NCBI GenBank assembly: GCA_963796105.1 | Contig: CAWCKJ010000002.1 | Span: forward strand, 421,785-485,784 | Source: a candidate division FCPU426 bacterium | GTDB taxonomy: Bacteria; Oederibacteriota; Muellerivitia; Muellerivitales; Muellerivitaceae | Direction of reading: 5' to 3' | DNA length: 64,000 bases | In this document: positions 1 through 13,060 of the stretch, in pieces | How positions within the stretch are numbered: position 1 is the stretch's first letter | Layout of the letters: every line of letters begins with the position of its first letter | Notes under the pieces: generated by a model | Seen by the model: the letters and a program-made list of their open reading frames with translations, nothing else | What the model was told of the DNA's origin: nothing | Database searches by the model: none | Program-made: the position numbers and the translations under genes

Positions 1-497
1 CCACGGGAACGACCCAGGGTTTCCAATACGGGGGACAAATCGGTTTCGGTTACGATTGGAAGTTTGGGAAAATCCTGTTAACGCCCTTCGGGTCGGGACA
101 ATTCACTTACGTCCAATTCGACAAGTTCCAGGAACAAGGTTCCCTGGCGCCGGAGACTTTCGGAGCCCAGGGACAGGGTTCCATTACCAGCGAGGCGGGG
201 GTCCGGGCAAGCAGGGATTGGTTTTGGGGCGGCATGACACTATCGCCCTACCTGGGATTGGCATGGGAGCATGTGTACCAAGGCAACCTGGATAGCTTGA
301 CGGCCAACCTTGGAATACCCAACAGCACCTTCACGGTGGAAGGCCCCTACACGGGTACGGACGCGGCGGTGGTGGAGGCAGGGGTCCAAGCCGGGCTTGG
401 AAAGGGCTTGAGCTTCTTCGCCCAATACCAGGGTAAGGTCGGGTTGGTCAACTACGCTTCCCAAAACCTGGAAGGCGGTGTTAACGTCGGGTTTTAA
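1..497 (+). CDS. Autotransporter beta-barrel domain protein, 3' end only
   Basis: Frame is open from position 3: ...QYGGQIGFGYDWKFGKILLTPFGSGQFTYVQFDKFQEQG...LSPYLGLAWEH...GGVNVGF*. Amphipathic strands and a terminal Phe are typical of autotransporter barrels. Confidence 0.8.
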   Translation, partial: TGTTQGFQYGGQIGFGYDWKFGKILLTPFGSGQFTYVQFDKFQEQGSLAPETFGAQGQGSITSEAGVRASRDWFWGGMTLSPYLGLAWEHVYQGNLDSLTANLGIPNSTFTVEGPYTGTDAAVVEAGVQAGLGKGLSFFAQYQGKVGLVNYASQNLEGGVNVGF

Positions 498-629
498 GCC
501 CCTTTGGAAAAAGGCGTTTGGAAGATGATGGACGTAATTAAATGTTTGGGTCTTTCCCGAATTTGCAGATGAGTATTCTGGAGGCCGGTGCGCGCCGTGA
601 TAAAATTTCCGTCAGCGTAGATGTTGTTG

Positions 630-652
630 ACCCCCCTTTTTCAAAGGGGGGT
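630..652. terminator. GC-rich hairpin between convergent genes (possible terminator or REP-like element)
   Basis: ACCCCCCTTT-ttc-AAAGGGGGGT forms a perfect 10-bp stem but has no clear U-tract. Confidence 0.3.
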
Positions 653-761
653 GTAACTTCATCTGCAAATTCAGGAAAGAGGCAAATGTTTGAATCCAGA
701 GGGACAACTCGGGGAATATTTACGTGTCGGACAATAACCTAAACAGCGTCTTCGTGTTCCA

Positions 762-1178
762 CTAACCGCGATTTGGTTTTTTTGATATTTTCCTGGAATG
801 TTTTCGGAAGAACGCCGCTATTTCAGGCTTTTCCATTTGTCCCTGAGCGACCTTCAAAACGATATTTTCAAACGCTTTTTCCTGCGCCGAAGTCAGTGTA
901 AATCCGTTCAATTCCAGAAAAATGTCCCCGGCCATCGCGCCCACCCTCTTGTTGCCATCGATAAAAGGATGATTGAGGGTCAAGTGATAGACATAGGCGG
1001 CCGCCATTTCAAACAAATCCTGATGCAGGAATTGGCCGCCAAACTGCGCTTGGGGCATGGCTATGGCCGATTGAAGAAGGCCTTGGTCCCGGATACCGCT
1101 GCTTCCGCCCAAACGTTTAATTTGCTCATTGTGAATATAGAGGATTTGCTCCAAAGTCAAAAAAACGGGCGAGTTCAC
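762..1178 (-). CDS. doc: Death-on-curing (Doc/Fic) family toxin
   Basis: Motif HPFIDGNKRVG, N-terminal FLTLEQILYIHNEQI...GIRDQGLLQSA, 138 aa; lies directly after the antitoxin stop. Confidence 0.9.
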   Translation of the reverse strand: MNSPVFLTLEQILYIHNEQIKRLGGSSGIRDQGLLQSAIAMPQAQFGGQFLHQDLFEMAAAYVYHLTLNHPFIDGNKRVGAMAGDIFLELNGFTLTSAQEKAFENIVLKVAQGQMEKPEIAAFFRKHSRKISKKPNRG

Positions 1179-1406
1179 TCAACCCGCCAGGTTTTTATAC
1201 ATGTTAGGGAATTTTTTAAGGGATTTTTCCACCGCCATCCTGAATTTGGATTGTTTTTTTTCATCGTCAGCCGGGGAAACGATGAGGCTTCGGCCGTCGG
1301 TGGTGACGTAAAGGGCGGATTTCTCGCTGATGTTCAACAGGTCCATGATGCCCCGGTCGATGATGAGGGCGTAGCTGTTGCCATGCTTGGCGAGTTTTTT
1401 AATCAT
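1179..1406 (-). CDS. AbrB/MazE/SpoVT-type antitoxin
   Basis: MIKKLAKHGNSYALIIDRGIMDLLNI is an AbrB-fold signature. GGAGGG SD precedes the ATG at 1406, and its TGA abuts the doc GTG. Confidence 0.85.
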   Translation of the reverse strand: MIKKLAKHGNSYALIIDRGIMDLLNISEKSALYVTTDGRSLIVSPADDEKKQSKFRMAVEKSLKKFPNMYKNLAG

Positions 1407-1435
1407 GTTTCCCTCCGTAGTAACGTTGTATATCC

Positions 1436-1464
1436 AATGTAATACCATTTGAAAGAAATGTCAA
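1436..1464 (-). promoter_or_regulatory. Sigma70-type promoter of the TA operon
   Basis: Minus strand TTGACA-17 nt-TACATT about 30 nt upstream of the antitoxin start. Confidence 0.55.
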
Positions 1465-1703
1465 TTTGACCCTCGGCGGGGCGCGAACTGAGCCAATCTT
1501 GAGTTTTCAAATAATGAAAATTTACGCGGTTAAACCCCTTCGTCGTCTTTTACCCGGCGGAATCCTTGGCTTTTCATGGCATTTTCCGCCTCGCAAACGG
1601 TTCTCCCGGGTTCCCGGTCCGTGCTTTTTTGGTTTTTATTTTTATCAAAAGCAATATAGTACCAATCGTTTGTGGCATTCAATTTTTATCTCAGGGGAGC
1701 GGG

Positions 1704-2699
1704 ATGAAAACATTCATCAAGGTAGTTACGTCATTTTTCCTTCTGTTAATCCTTCTGGGGGCCGCTGGGTACTTTTACTTAACCGGCAACTACCCCAAAG
1801 TCAGCCCGGCCGAGAACATCAAAATCGAGTACACGCCCGCAAGGCTGGCCAGGGGCGAATACCTCGTTAAACACGTCGTAGGATGTTTGGGCTGCCACTC
1901 GCAGAGGGATTGGGATTCCTTCGGGGGTTCCTTGGACGAGGCGCGCATCGGCATGGGCGGCTTCCACCTGGACAAGAAGCTGATGGGGCTGCCGGGTGAT
2001 CTTTACGCCCCCAACATCACGCCTTACCACCTAAAGGACTGGACTGACGGGGAACTGGTGCGGGCGCTCCGCTGCGGGGTGAACAGGGAAGGCAAGGCCC
2101 TTTTCCCGATCATGCCCTACGATGATTATTCGAAACTCTGCCAGGAAGACCTCTTTTCCATCGTGGCCTACATTCGGACCTTAAAGCCCGTAGTTTTCGA
2201 TCCGCCCCAGACCCGGCTGGATTTTCCGATGAATCTCATTGTTCGGACCATACCCATGAATGCGGGACCCTATAGGCTCCCCCCGGACCGAAAGGTCCCC
2301 TTTCAGTACAACATTTACATGATCAACGCCGCCGATTGCCTCCACTGCCACACCCAAGTGGACGACCATGGACAGCCCCTGGTGGGGATGGATTTTGCGG
2401 GAGGCATGGAATTCCATTGGCCCGACGGCTCCACTGTCCGCTCCGCGAATATCACGCCGGACAAAGACACCGGCATCGGGGAATGGACGAGGGAATCTTT
2501 TATCAAACGGTTTCGGGATATGAAAAAAATGGTGGGTGCCCGCAAGCCGGTCAAGCCCGGAGAGCTGAAGACTATCATGCCCTGGGACGAGTATGGGGGA
2601 ATGACGGATGAGGACCTGGGATCGATCTACGACTACCTTCACACCCAGATCAAGCCCGTGAAGCACCAGGTGGTCCAGTTCTCAGCGGTTTCCAACTAA
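1704..2699 (+). CDS. Membrane-anchored dihaem cytochrome c
   Basis: Two CxxCH motifs (CLGCH, CLHCH), duplicated NITP...W...MP units, N-terminal TM helix; SD GGGGAG before ATG 1704. Confidence 0.85.
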   Translation: MKTFIKVVTSFFLLLILLGAAGYFYLTGNYPKVSPAENIKIEYTPARLARGEYLVKHVVGCLGCHSQRDWDSFGGSLDEARIGMGGFHLDKKLMGLPGDLYAPNITPYHLKDWTDGELVRALRCGVNREGKALFPIMPYDDYSKLCQEDLFSIVAYIRTLKPVVFDPPQTRLDFPMNLIVRTIPMNAGPYRLPPDRKVPFQYNIYMINAADCLHCHTQVDDHGQPLVGMDFAGGMEFHWPDGSTVRSANITPDKDTGIGEWTRESFIKRFRDMKKMVGARKPVKPGELKTIMPWDEYGGMTDEDLGSIYDYLHTQIKPVKHQVVQFSAVSN

Positions 2700-2905
2700 G
2701 TGAGTTCCTGGAAATAAAACTGTATCGGACCCTTCTTTGGGGTGTTTCGAAATAAGAAGGAATGGCTTCGATTAACCCAAATGAAACCATGTGTTTTCAA
2801 CAGTAATTCCGTCAGTTGGAAATCCTAACTATGTAGTAAAATCTCTCCTCGCGCTCATTACCGCCATAATTTATTCCGCGCAATCTTTTGACTCATTGAG
2901 ACCGA

Positions 2906-5900
2906 ATGTTTCCTAAAACGCATAAAAAAATATTTTTATCGGTACTTTTCAGTTTTTGTTTCTTATCGACCTTTTTTATTTTTTTCCCTGAAGGGGTTTT
3001 GGCCCAAACGGCAACGCCCACACCAACTTCCGTTTGTCCGTCAGCCGTTCCCATTAATTTGGGGGATTCAGTCCTCGGAAGTACCGTGGGTTCGCCAGAA
3101 AGTTTTAATACTTCTTGCCAAGGGCCGGACAGTCCCGATAATTTGTACGTTTTTACACTGCCTTACCCTGCAAACGTGGACATCAATACTTGCTCCGCGA
3201 ATACCGATTTCGACACGGTTTTGACACTCTTGAGCAGCTGCGATCCTCCGGTTGAGGTCACTTGTAACGACGACAGCTGCGATTTGCAATCCGATATCTC
3301 GATCACGTTGCCGGCCGGCACTTACTACATCGTCGTGGGCGGATTTCAGGGGGACTCCGGCCAGTACCAGCTGAGCCTGACCGGGGCCCTTATCAACACA
3401 CCGACGCCTTCCCTGACGCCGACATACTCCCTGACGCCCACCCTTATCGGGACACCCACAGCGACTGGCACGCCCACTTGGACCCCAACCAGTACTCCGT
3501 CCTTCACTATCACGCCTATTCCAACCCATACCCCCCAGTTTTCCCCCACTGCCGGACCCGGGACAAACCTGGATAACCTGATCACGGATGGAACGGTTTC
3601 CGCCATGGCGGTCACGGGCAACACGCTATATTTGGGCGGAACTTTCAACTTTATAGGGCCATCCACGGGCGGAGGAGCCTGTTTGAGCCCTTCCACGGGT
3701 CTTCCAAATCTTTCCTTTCCCCGGGTGGCTGGTACCCTAACCACGGCCATACCCGACGGAACGGGAGGCTGGTTCATCGGCGGGCAGTTTACCTGTTTGA
3801 GCGGACAGCCCCGTTTGAACTTGGCCCATGTCCGTTCCGATATGAGCGTGGACCCCATTTGGTCGCCCCAGGTGACCGTCCAGGTTAATAGCATGGCACT
3901 TTCCGGGGGGGTTCTTTTCGTCGGGGGTTCCGCGGGGACTGTCGATGGACAGCCGGCCAATTACGCTTTCGCCGTCAATTCGGCCACGGGAATCCTTCTT
4001 CCGTGGAATCCTGGATTGAACGGCCCCGTGAGCGCCATCGCGGCCTCGGGAACGACGGTATTCCTGGGCGGGTCCTTCACGACCGTCGATGGACAACCCG
4101 TGTCTTACTTTGCCGGGGTTGATTCCGCCGGCGGTTCTAACATTATTTTGAGCCCCAATTGTAATGGTTTCGTCGACAGCTTATTGTCCTCCGGCAGCAC
4201 CCTCTTTTTAGCGGGCGGTTTTACCACGGTGGGAGGGCAGTATCGAAGCGAGATCGCGGCTTATAACCAGAATACCGGCTCCTTGCTCTCGTTCGGCCCG
4301 ACGATTACCAATGGCCCCATCAGAAGCATGGCCTCGTCCGGAACCACCCTTTACTTGGGAAGTGCGGGCAGTTTCAGCGTCAACGGCACATGGTGTTACT
4401 ACCTGGGGGCGTTGAACCCATCCGGCACTCTCTTAAGCTGGACCCCTTCCCTCAGCGGCTCCGTCTCGCAGATAGCCTTATCCGGTTCCACCCTTTACGT
4501 CGGAGGTTATTTCCTGCTTGCGGGAGGGCAAACCCGCGATTACATCGCAGCCTTTGACGGGGGGACGGGAAACGTGACTTCCTGGAACCCGGGCGGGTAT
4601 GGCGGGACCGGATGTGTCGCAACCGACGGCACTTGGGTGATCGTTGGAGGAAGTTGGCAAAGCGTTGGGATGCAAAGCCGCACCAACCTGGCTTCCATCG
4701 ATATTCCCTCGGGCAATTTACTGCCCTTTAATCCCGCCACCAACGGGAAAGTGGAAAGTCTTTTCCCGTACGGTTCAAATATCGTGATCGGCGGTAATTT
4801 CATCACCGTGAACGGTACCAGCCAGAATTACCTGGCCATGGTGGATGGGACCGCGGGAACGCTCCAGTCCTGGAATCCCAACCCCAATGGAGAAGTTCAT
4901 ACGCTTCTAGAACAGGGAACCACTCTTTATGTGGGCGGCTCCTTTACCACCATTGGCGGCGCGCCCCACAACAACGCGGGAGCGGTCCTGCTTTCGAATG
5001 GGGCCGGATTGGCCTGGGACCCCAACGCCCATTTGGACGTTTACGCTCTGGCGTCGTCGGGTACGACTATTTTTATCGGGGGAAGGTTCACCAGTCTCGG
5101 GGATTGGGCCGTCTCCAATTTGTCCGCGGTGGATTCCACGACCGGTTCAAACTTGGGCTGGCCCGTAACCGTGAACAACGATGTTAGGTCCATTGTCGTG
5201 GACCCCACCGGCCTCTACGTGGGGGGGGATTTCACCAGCATAAACGGGACGGCGCGCAATGAAGCGGCGGCATTGAATCCCGCTACGGGACAATTGCTGG
5301 CCTTTAATCCCAATGTCAACGGCACGGTCTACGATATCCTGCTTTCCAACCCCATGGTGTATATGGGCGGGTCTTTTAATATGGCCGGGGGTCAAAACCA
5401 TCAGAACCTCGCGGCGGCCTATAATGCCGATGGATCGATTCTGCCCTGGAGTCCCAATGCCAACTCCAGCGTCTTTAGTCTGGCCCAGGCCGGATCGACG
5501 ATTTTCGTTGGTGGTTCTTTCAGCCAACTCAACTGCTGGCCTTACAATGATTTAGGCTCGGTTTACGGTATGACTCCCGTTGCCACCCCAACATCCCTGA
5601 ACACCTTCACGCCCACATCCACCCCCTCCCTTACCACCACACCCTTCGGGACCACCACTTTTACGCCGACTCCAACAAACACTTCCACGCCTAGTTTTAC
5701 ATCGACCCCCAAACCATCCTGGACGCCCATCCCCCCTGGAACTTCCCAAGTGATCACGTTCCCCATTACGGATGGTACGGTTTATTCACTGGCTTCCTCG
5801 GGATCAACCCTCTACCTGGGAGGCAACTTTTCCCACGTAGGACCCCAGGTGGGTCCGGCCGCGCCGCTGGATGGCACTACGGGCGCGCTCATAACGCCAT

Positions 5901-8900
5901 TCGTCCAATTGGCGAACTTATCCGTGCGCGCCATCGTTCCGGATGGCTCGGGGGGATGGTACCTGGGCGGGGATTTCCAATGCGCCCAAGGGGTTACCTG
6001 GAACCATTTAGCCCACGTGTTCTCCAATGGGACCCTTGACCAAAATTTTGGGCCGGTGGTAAACGGGCCTATCGATGCCATGGCGTTGAGCGGCGGGGTT
6101 CTTTATTTAGGTGGTTCCTTCACGTCGGTGGATGGAAATAGCCGCACAAACCTGGCATCGGTGGCATTGGATGGAACCGACTTGCCTTGGGCGCCAACGG
6201 CCAATGGCGCCGTCAGCTGTCTCTTAGCCGCGGATGGGCAGGTTTTCGCGGGCGGGTCCTTCACCTCTATTAATGGTTCTCCCTGCTCTTGGGTGGCTTC
6301 CCTGGATCCCAATACGGGCCTGCTTAATAATTGGTCCCCGAATCCCGGCGGGAGCGGCGGGTATGTAAGTTGTATGGCATCTTCAGGGACTACCCTTTAC
6401 TTGGGCGGTTACTTTGCAAGCATGGGGCCTAAGGTCCGGAATTATTTAGCTTCGGTGGATATGAATACCGCCGAGGTTTTACCCTGGAATCCCCTGCCCA
6501 ATAATCCGGTTTATGCCATGACGGTGAACGGCACCAACCTTTATTTCGGGGGTAGTTTCAGCCTGGTTGGAAGCACAACCCGGAATGGCGCGGCGGCGGT
6601 GGACTCCACCACCGGCGTTCTTCAATCCTGGAACCCCAACACCTCTTGGGTCTTTGCCATGGCATCCGCGGGAAACACCGTGTACTTGGGCGGTAATTTC
6701 ACGACCGTCAACGGCCAGGCCCGGAACTACCTGGCCGCGGTGGACACTTCCAACAATCTCTTATCCTGGAATCCCAGCGCCCAAAATGAAGTGTTCGCGC
6801 TAGCCCGGCAGGGAACCACGGTTTACGCGGGGGGCTCGTTCAATTCCATCGGCATGAGTCCCCGCAGTGACGCGGCCGCTTTTAACACGGCCACTGGAAC
6901 CCTGCTTTCCTGGGGTCCTACCGTTATTGGTTCGGGTGTCTATGCTTTGTATACCTCCGGTTCAACCGTTTATATGGGAGGATCCATCTATACCATCAAC
7001 GGCACGAACTGTAACAACCTTGGGGCGGTTGACGGCACCACTGGGAACTTGCTTTCTTGGGCGCCATCAGCACCTGGTAACGTGTATAGCCTGGCCGGAG
7101 AGGGCACGACGATTTACGTGGGTGGAAGCTTTACCCAATTGGCCGGACAAACCCGCAATTACGCCGGCGCCCTGGACAACAACGCCAATCTCCTGCCGTG
7201 GAACCCCAATGCCAATTCGACGGTTGAGAGCATGATTGCGTCCGGAACGACTATATTTATGGGAGGTAATTTCACGAGCTTTGGGGATTGGGTAAGGCCC
7301 TATGTGGGGGCGGTGGATTCAATCACCGGCTCCACACTCGCGTGGAATGTCACTCTCAACGGCCCCGTCAGCACAATGGCAATGGATGGGCCTGCGCTTT
7401 ACCTTGGAGGGGCCTTCACCACCGCCAATGGGATGGCCCGGCAGGGTGTCGCCCAGGTTGATCCGGCCAGTGGGACCTTGTCATCTTGGAACGCGAATTT
7501 AATTGGCTCGGTGGCAAGCATCCTGCCCTCCGATCCGGAAATATATCTGGGCGGTAATTTCTCCTCGGTGGGCGGGCAAACCCGCGGCAACCTCGCGGCG
7601 GTTTATAACGCCGATGGATCGGTGCTTTCCTGGAATCCCATGGCCAGCAACAAAGTGAATGCTCTCGCCCAGACCGGGACTACGATATATGTGGGGGGAA
7701 CTTTCGGAACCATCAGCTGCTGGCCTTCCTCGAACCTTGGTTTAATTACCGGGATGACACCCGTTGCAACGGCCACGCCCAGTAATACGACGACCCCCAC
7801 TCCGACTTCAAGCCTCACTTCCACCCCTTTTGGCACTTCGACATTCACCACAACCCCCACATTTACTGCTACCCCCACGACCAGTTCCACTCCCAAGCCG
7901 ACTTGGACCCCTACGGTCAATGGCGTTCCTGCTTTAGCCCCGGTTCCGATCACCAATGGAACCCTGGGTGCATTCGCCCAATACAACGGTATTGTCTATT
8001 TCGGGGGAAACTTTTCGCTCGTGGGACCGCGACTGGGTCCGGCGGCACTCATTGATGGAAACACCGGGTTGGTCCAGACCTCGATCCCTCAATTCGCCAA
8101 TGGGAATGTTCAAGCCATCATCCCGGATGGTTCTGGAGGATGGTTCCTGGCGGGTAATTTCCAGTGCGTTCAAGGCTTGGCCTGGAACAGGCTGGCGCAC
8201 GTTTTCGCCAACGGTAACCTGGATTCAACCTGGGGCCCAGCGGTGAACGGGACCGTATCCGCATTGGCTTTGAGCGGCGGGGTTCTTTATTTAGGCGGTT
8301 CCTTCACGTCGGTGGATGGAAATAGCCGTACAAACCTGGCATCGGTGGCATTGGATGGAACCGACTTGCCTTGGGCGCCAACGGCCAATGGCGCCGTCAG
8401 CTGTTTATTGGTCCAAGGCGGGCAAGTGTACCTGGGAGGAGCTTTCACCACGGTGAATGGAAGCACCCGAAACCATGTGGCTTCAGTGGACGCCACTGCC
8501 GGACAGTTGAGCACATGGGATCCAAACACGAACCAGCCGGTCAACGCTTTGTCCTCCGCTGGAACCACGGTTTTCCTGGGCGGCTCCTTCACGGCGGTCG
8601 GGTCCAAAGTGCGCAATTACCTGGCCGGAGTGGACGCTACCACCGCGGCTGATTCAGGCTGGGTTCCCTCCCCGAACAATACTGTTTATTCAATGATGGA
8701 AGCGGGAACTACACTTTATGTCGGCGGCTCGTTCAATATGGTCGGCGGGAATAGCCGGGGTGAGGGAGCCGCATTTAGCACAGTTGACGGTTCGCTTCAG
8801 GCTTGGAATCCGCAAATTATATACGGGAATATTACTACCATGTCTTCATCCGGTACGACCGTCTATTTGGGGGGCGGTTTTACGATGGTCAACGGTCAAA

Positions 8901-11900
8901 CTCGAAATTATTTATCGGCGGTTGATTCCACTTCAGGAAGCCTGCTGAATTGGAATCCAAATGCCCAAAGTTCGGTCAACACGTTGGCTCAGCAGGGGGG
9001 CATTGTTTACGCGGGCGGAACATTCATGTCAGTGGGTATGGTCAGCCGCACTAACTTGGCGGCATTCGACCCAACAACGGGCAATATCTTATCTTGGACG
9101 CCGACTGCTTCCGGTGGAACGGGAGTCAATTCCATTGTTCCCATCGGATCAAACCTTTACATCGGCGGTTATTTTACAACTGTAAATGGCCAAACCAGGA
9201 ATAACCTCGCGGCAGTGGATACCTCCGGCAATCTTTTGGCGTGGAATCCAAATGCCAATGGGGGTTATGTCATCTCCATGTGCGCTAATGGTACGACGCT
9301 TTATTTAGGCGGTAATTTTGGGACCATATCGAGTGCCACGAGGAGCACTCTCGCGGCAGTGGATACCTCCGGTAATCTTTTGCCTTGGAATCCAAACGGG
9401 AATTTCCTTGTCGGCGCATTGGTATATGCCGGCGGGTATGTTTACGCGGGTGGAGAATTTACCGGAATTGGTGGACAGCCTGTCAGCAACTTGGCCAGGT
9501 TGGATCCTGTGACAGGAAACCCCATCGGCTCTATAAACGCGAACAGTTTCGTGAATACCCTCGCCTCTGACGGCCAAAGACTCTATGCGGGAGGACAATT
9601 CACCCAAATTAATGGGGTTTCCAGCCCGGGGATGGGAATGGTAGATCTCGGGTCTGGAACCGTCATTCCCTGGCCATCCGCCATTGCGGGCGGCCAGGTG
9701 AAAACACTTGGAGTGTCGGGTAACGTGGTTTACGCGGGTGGGTATTTCACCACTGCGGGATCACAGCCGCGAAACCGATTGGCGGCCTTTTACTATATTG
9801 ATGGAACCCTTCTGTCTTGGAATCCTTCCGTCGATAATATCGTTCAAACCCTCATGCCTTATAACGGGGAAGTTTACATAGGCGGGCAGTTCCAAACCGC
9901 GGATTGCTGGCCCTCCGATTCGCTTTATGCTTGCGCAGCGGTGACAATGCCTTCCGTAACGCCAACATTTACCGCTACAAATACTTCCACTAATACTCCC
10001 ACCAGCACCTCGACGAATACAATTACCTTAACGCCTACTGCCACAAGCACTCCAACTGAAACCTTTACGAGAAAACCCACGGACACTCCTACCGACACCC
10101 CTACTTTGACCCCTACGCCAACTATTACCAATACCGTTACCGAGACATTTACGAATACGCTCACGAATACAATGACCAACTCGCCCACGATAACGGATAC
10201 GCCAACGATAACGCCCACTTATACGCCGACGAATACCCTAACGGATACCTTGACTGAAACACCGACTGATACACCTACCCCCACCTCAACTCCAACGATT
10301 ACCGACACACCAACCGTTACGGATACCCCAACTGTGACACCGACTTATACACCGACTGACACCTCGACAAGCACTTTGACGCCGACCCTGACATGGACAG
10401 CTACCGACACTTCGACATCGACACCGACCATTACGGACACTCCAACGATAACGGATACGCCCACGGTAACGCCGACCTATACTTCAACGAATACCCTAAC
10501 GGATACTTTGACTGAAACACCGACTGATACGCCTACCCCCACCTCAACTCCAACGATTACCGACACACCAACCGTTACGGATACCCCAACTGTGACACCG
10601 ACTTATACGGCGACTGTTACTCCGACAAACACTTTGACGCCGACCCTGACTTGGACGGTTACCGACACTTCGACATCGACACCGACCATTACGGCCACTC
10701 CGACGATAACGGATACGCCCACGGTAACGCCGACCTATACTTCAACGAATACCCTAACGGATACTTTGACTGAAACACCGACTGATACGCCTACCCCCAC
10801 CTCAACTCCAACGATTACCGACACACCAACCGTTACGGATACCCCAACTGTGACACCGACTGTTACTCCGACAAACACTTTGACGCCGACCCTGACTTGG
10901 ACAGTCACTGATACATCGACTTCTACACCAACGGTAACTGATACGCCGACGTTTACTGATACGCCAACGGTAACGCCGACCTATACTTCAACGAATACCC
11001 TAACGGATACCTTGACTGAAACACCAACTGATACGCCTACCCCCACTTCAACTCCAACGATTACCGACACACCAACTGTTACGGATACCCCAACTGTGAC
11101 GCCGACTTATACGGCGACTGTTACTCCGACAAACACTTTGACGCCGACCCTGACTTGGACAGCTACCGACACTTCGACATCGACACCGACCATTACGGAC
11201 ACTCCGAAGATTACGGATACACCTACGATTACGCAGACTTATTCGCCCACAAATACCCTCACGAACACATGGACCGAAACGCCGACCGATACACCTACTT
11301 CCACCTCAACTTCGACCATTACCGACACGCCAACTATTACGGATACCCCGACAGTAACCCTGACTTTTACTTCAACCGACACTCAAACGGTGACATCCAC
11401 TCCAACCTTGACGTTGACACCCACTTCGACGCTCACCGAAACTTCAACAAACACTATTACAGATACACCGACAATTACTTTCACCGATACTCCGACCAAC
11501 ACGCCCACTAATACGTCCACGAGTACCCTGACATCAACAAGCACGGACACGCCTACTTCCACCTCAACCTTGACCATTACCGACACGCCAACGATTACGG
11601 ATACTCCAACGGTAACGCCAACTTATACCCAAACGAACACTCCAACGATCACACTCACCCCGACCTTGACTTGGACAGTCACTGATACATCGACTTCTAC
11701 ACCAACGGTAACTGATACGCCGACGTTTACTGATACGCCAACGGTAACGTCCACCTATACGTCAACCAATACGCTTACGAGCACCCTTACCGAGACGGCG
11801 ACGGACACGACTACTTCCACCTTAACTCCGACCATTACCGACACGCCAACTATTACGGATACCCCGACAGTAACCCTGACTTTTACTTCAACCGACACTC

Positions 11901-13060
11901 AAACGGTGACATCCACTCCAACCTTGACGTTGACACCCACTTCGACGCTCACCGAAACTTCAACAAACACTATTACAGACACACCGACAATAACTTTCAC
12001 CGATACTCCGACCAACACACCCACTAATACGTCCACGAGTACCCTGACCTCAACAAGCACGGACACGCCTACTTCCACCTCAACTTCGACCATTACCGAC
12101 ACGCCAACGATTACGGATACCCCGACAGTAACCCTGACTTCTACTTCAACCGACACTCAAACAGTGACATCTACTCCAACCTTGACGTTGACACCCACTT
12201 CGACGCTCACCGAAACTTCAACAAACACTATTACATACACACCTACAATTACTTTCACCGATACTCCGACCAGCACACCCACTAATACGTCCACGAGTAC
12301 CCTAACCTCAACACCCACCGATACCGTCACGCCAACTGTAACCTTGACGATAACCGACACATCAACGATTACGTATACTCCCACTCTGACGCCGACATTT
12401 ACTTCGACCGACACCCCGACGGCGACATCTACTCCATCATCGACCTTAACATCAACTGATTCCCCGACTGAAACGGCCACGAATACCATTACCAATACGC
12501 CGACAGATACAGCAACACCTACACCAACTGGTACCCCGACGGACACACTGTCGGCAACGCCCAGCCCCACTTCCACTAATACACCAACTTCCACCCTAAC
12601 CGGCACCCCCACGAATACCACTACCCTGACGCCAACATCCACGCTTACCAACACGAACACTATCACTCCAACGTTCACGGCCACGGACACCGCAACTGAA
12701 ACATCCACCGAAACACCGTCGGAGACTCCCACGGAAACTCCAACGATTTCAATGACCATCACGCCTACCGTCGGCATATCCCTGGCTTTGGGCGCGAACC
12801 GCTTCAACGACCAGTCCGACCCGCCATTGAGGATCGATTACTGGGTGAAAAACGGGGGAAGCGTCCAGGTGCAGGTCTATAACGTCGCAGACCTACTCAT
12901 CAGGCATCTTTCCAGCCAAAACCAGACCATCGGGGCCTATTCGATTTATTGGGACGGGAAGGACGATACAGGGGCACAGGCGGATTCCGGCCTTTATTTG
13001 ATCGCCGTCATTGAACCCAACCGGGTGGAAGTCAAGAAAGTGCTGGTGCTGAAACAATGA
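2906..13060 (+). CDS. Giant secreted surface protein (3384 aa): signal peptide, PPC-like Cys domain, three beta-propeller-like repeat modules, ~940-aa Thr/Pro stalk, C-terminal FlgD-Ig/T9SS-like domain
   Basis: Signal peptide ...GVLA|Q; recurring LYxGGxFxxvxGxxRxxLAAVD...WNP repeats; three modules each running ITxGT...CWP; C-terminus [18 protein letters not shown]...SGLYL...KKVLVLK. Confidence 0.85.
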   Translation: MFPKTHKKIFLSVLFSFCFLSTFFIFFPEGVLAQTATPTPTSVCPSAVPINLGDSVLGSTVGSPESFNTSCQGPDSPDNLYVFTLPYPANVDINTCSANTDFDTVLTLLSSCDPPVEVTCNDDSCDLQSDISITLPAGTYYIVVGGFQGDSGQYQLSLTGALINTPTPSLTPTYSLTPTLIGTPTATGTPTWTPTSTPSFTITPIPTHTPQFSPTAGPGTNLDNLITDGTVSAMAVTGNTLYLGGTFNFIGPSTGGGACLSPSTGLPNLSFPRVAGTLTTAIPDGTGGWFIGGQFTCLSGQPRLNLAHVRSDMSVDPIWSPQVTVQVNSMALSGGVLFVGGSAGTVDGQPANYAFAVNSATGILLPWNPGLNGPVSAIAASGTTVFLGGSFTTVDGQPVSYFAGVDSAGGSNIILSPNCNGFVDSLLSSGSTLFLAGGFTTVGGQYRSEIAAYNQNTGSLLSFGPTITNGPIRSMASSGTTLYLGSAGSFSVNGTWCYYLGALNPSGTLLSWTPSLSGSVSQIALSGSTLYVGGYFLLAGGQTRDYIAAFDGGTGNVTSWNPGGYGGTGCVATDGTWVIVGGSWQSVGMQSRTNLASIDIPSGNLLPFNPATNGKVESLFPYGSNIVIGGNFITVNGTSQNYLAMVDGTAGTLQSWNPNPNGEVHTLLEQGTTLYVGGSFTTIGGAPHNNAGAVLLSNGAGLAWDPNAHLDVYALASSGTTIFIGGRFTSLGDWAVSNLSAVDSTTGSNLGWPVTVNNDVRSIVVDPTGLYVGGDFTSINGTARNEAAALNPATGQLLAFNPNVNGTVYDILLSNPMVYMGGSFNMAGGQNHQNLAAAYNADGSILPWSPNANSSVFSLAQAGSTIFVGGSFSQLNCWPYNDLGSVYGMTPVATPTSLNTFTPTSTPSLTTTPFGTTTFTPTPTNTSTPSFTSTPKPSWTPIPPGTSQVITFPITDGTVYSLASSGSTLYLGGNFSHVGPQVGPAAPLDGTTGALITPFVQLANLSVRAIVPDGSGGWYLGGDFQCAQGVTWNHLAHVFSNGTLDQNFGPVVNGPIDAMALSGGVLYLGGSFTSVDGNSRTNLASVALDGTDLPWAPTANGAVSCLLAADGQVFAGGSFTSINGSPCSWVASLDPNTGLLNNWSPNPGGSGGYVSCMASSGTTLYLGGYFASMGPKVRNYLASVDMNTAEVLPWNPLPNNPVYAMTVNGTNLYFGGSFSLVGSTTRNGAAAVDSTTGVLQSWNPNTSWVFAMASAGNTVYLGGNFTTVNGQARNYLAAVDTSNNLLSWNPSAQNEVFALARQGTTVYAGGSFNSIGMSPRSDAAAFNTATGTLLSWGPTVIGSGVYALYTSGSTVYMGGSIYTINGTNCNNLGAVDGTTGNLLSWAPSAPGNVYSLAGEGTTIYVGGSFTQLAGQTRNYAGALDNNANLLPWNPNANSTVESMIASGTTIFMGGNFTSFGDWVRPYVGAVDSITGSTLAWNVTLNGPVSTMAMDGPALYLGGAFTTANGMARQGVAQVDPASGTLSSWNANLIGSVASILPSDPEIYLGGNFSSVGGQTRGNLAAVYNADGSVLSWNPMASNKVNALAQTGTTIYVGGTFGTISCWPSSNLGLITGMTPVATATPSNTTTPTPTSSLTSTPFGTSTFTTTPTFTATPTTSSTPKPTWTPTVNGVPALAPVPITNGTLGAFAQYNGIVYFGGNFSLVGPRLGPAALIDGNTGLVQTSIPQFANGNVQAIIPDGSGGWFLAGNFQCVQGLAWNRLAHVFANGNLDSTWGPAVNGTVSALALSGGVLYLGGSFTSVDGNSRTNLASVALDGTDLPWAPTANGAVSCLLVQGGQVYLGGAFTTVNGSTRNHVASVDATAGQLSTWDPNTNQPVNALSSAGTTVFLGGSFTAVGSKVRNYLAGVDATTAADSGWVPSPNNTVYSMMEAGTTLYVGGSFNMVGGNSRGEGAAFSTVDGSLQAWNPQIIYGNITTMSSSGTTVYLGGGFTMVNGQTRNYLSAVDSTSGSLLNWNPNAQSSVNTLAQQGGIVYAGGTFMSVGMVSRTNLAAFDPTTGNILSWTPTASGGTGVNSIVPIGSNLYIGGYFTTVNGQTRNNLAAVDTSGNLLAWNPNANGGYVISMCANGTTLYLGGNFGTISSATRSTLAAVDTSGNLLPWNPNGNFLVGALVYAGGYVYAGGEFTGIGGQPVSNLARLDPVTGNPIGSINANSFVNTLASDGQRLYAGGQFTQINGVSSPGMGMVDLGSGTVIPWPSAIAGGQVKTLGVSGNVVYAGGYFTTAGSQPRNRLAAFYYIDGTLLSWNPSVDNIVQTLMPYNGEVYIGGQFQTADCWPSDSLYACAAVTMPSVTPTFTATNTSTNTPTSTSTNTITLTPTATSTPTETFTRKPTDTPTDTPTLTPTPTITNTVTETFTNTLTNTMTNSPTITDTPTITPTYTPTNTLTDTLTETPTDTPTPTSTPTITDTPTVTDTPTVTPTYTPTDTSTSTLTPTLTWTATDTSTSTPTITDTPTITDTPTVTPTYTSTNTLTDTLTETPTDTPTPTSTPTITDTPTVTDTPTVTPTYTATVTPTNTLTPTLTWTVTDTSTSTPTITATPTITDTPTVTPTYTSTNTLTDTLTETPTDTPTPTSTPTITDTPTVTDTPTVTPTVTPTNTLTPTLTWTVTDTSTSTPTVTDTPTFTDTPTVTPTYTSTNTLTDTLTETPTDTPTPTSTPTITDTPTVTDTPTVTPTYTATVTPTNTLTPTLTWTATDTSTSTPTITDTPKITDTPTITQTYSPTNTLTNTWTETPTDTPTSTSTSTITDTPTITDTPTVTLTFTSTDTQTVTSTPTLTLTPTSTLTETSTNTITDTPTITFTDTPTNTPTNTSTSTLTSTSTDTPTSTSTLTITDTPTITDTPTVTPTYTQTNTPTITLTPTLTWTVTDTSTSTPTVTDTPTFTDTPTVTSTYTSTNTLTSTLTETATDTTTSTLTPTITDTPTITDTPTVTLTFTSTDTQTVTSTPTLTLTPTSTLTETSTNTITDTPTITFTDTPTNTPTNTSTSTLTSTSTDTPTSTSTSTITDTPTITDTPTVTLTSTSTDTQTVTSTPTLTLTPTSTLTETSTNTITYTPTITFTDTPTSTPTNTSTSTLTSTPTDTVTPTVTLTITDTSTITYTPTLTPTFTSTDTPTATSTPSSTLTSTDSPTETATNTITNTPTDTATPTPTGTPTDTLSATPSPTSTNTPTSTLTGTPTNTTTLTPTSTLTNTNTITPTFTATDTATETSTETPSETPTETPTISMTITPTVGISLALGANRFNDQSDPPLRIDYWVKNGGSVQVQVYNVADLLIRHLSSQNQTIGAYSIYWDGKDDTGAQADSGLYLIAVIEPNRVEVKKVLVLKQ
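9950..12770 (+). repeat. Intragenic Thr-rich tandem repeat with ~258-bp (86-aa) period
   Basis: ACGAATACCCTAACGGATAC recurs at 10229, 10487, 10745 and 10991; ACTCAAAC(G/A)GTGACATC recurs at 11381, 11897 and 12155. Confidence 0.9.

Noticed and set aside
798..1442. 214-aa plus-strand ORF and similar long antisense ORFs (e.g. 18573-19235, 26811-27458, 31085-31756)
   Set aside because: They overlap well-supported genes on the opposite strand and have no motifs.
6086..8404. 135-bp duplicate as a DGR template/variable repeat pair
   Set aside because: Differences are synonymous C/T rather than adenine-specific, and no reverse transcriptase is present in the window.
10200..12350. Tandem repeats as a CRISPR array
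   Set aside because: In-frame coding repeats with no unique spacers, and no cas genes nearby.
9925..12807. Val/Ser/Gly-rich minus-strand ORFs
   Set aside because: Antisense shadows of the ACN-rich Thr repeat; no SD and no independent motifs.
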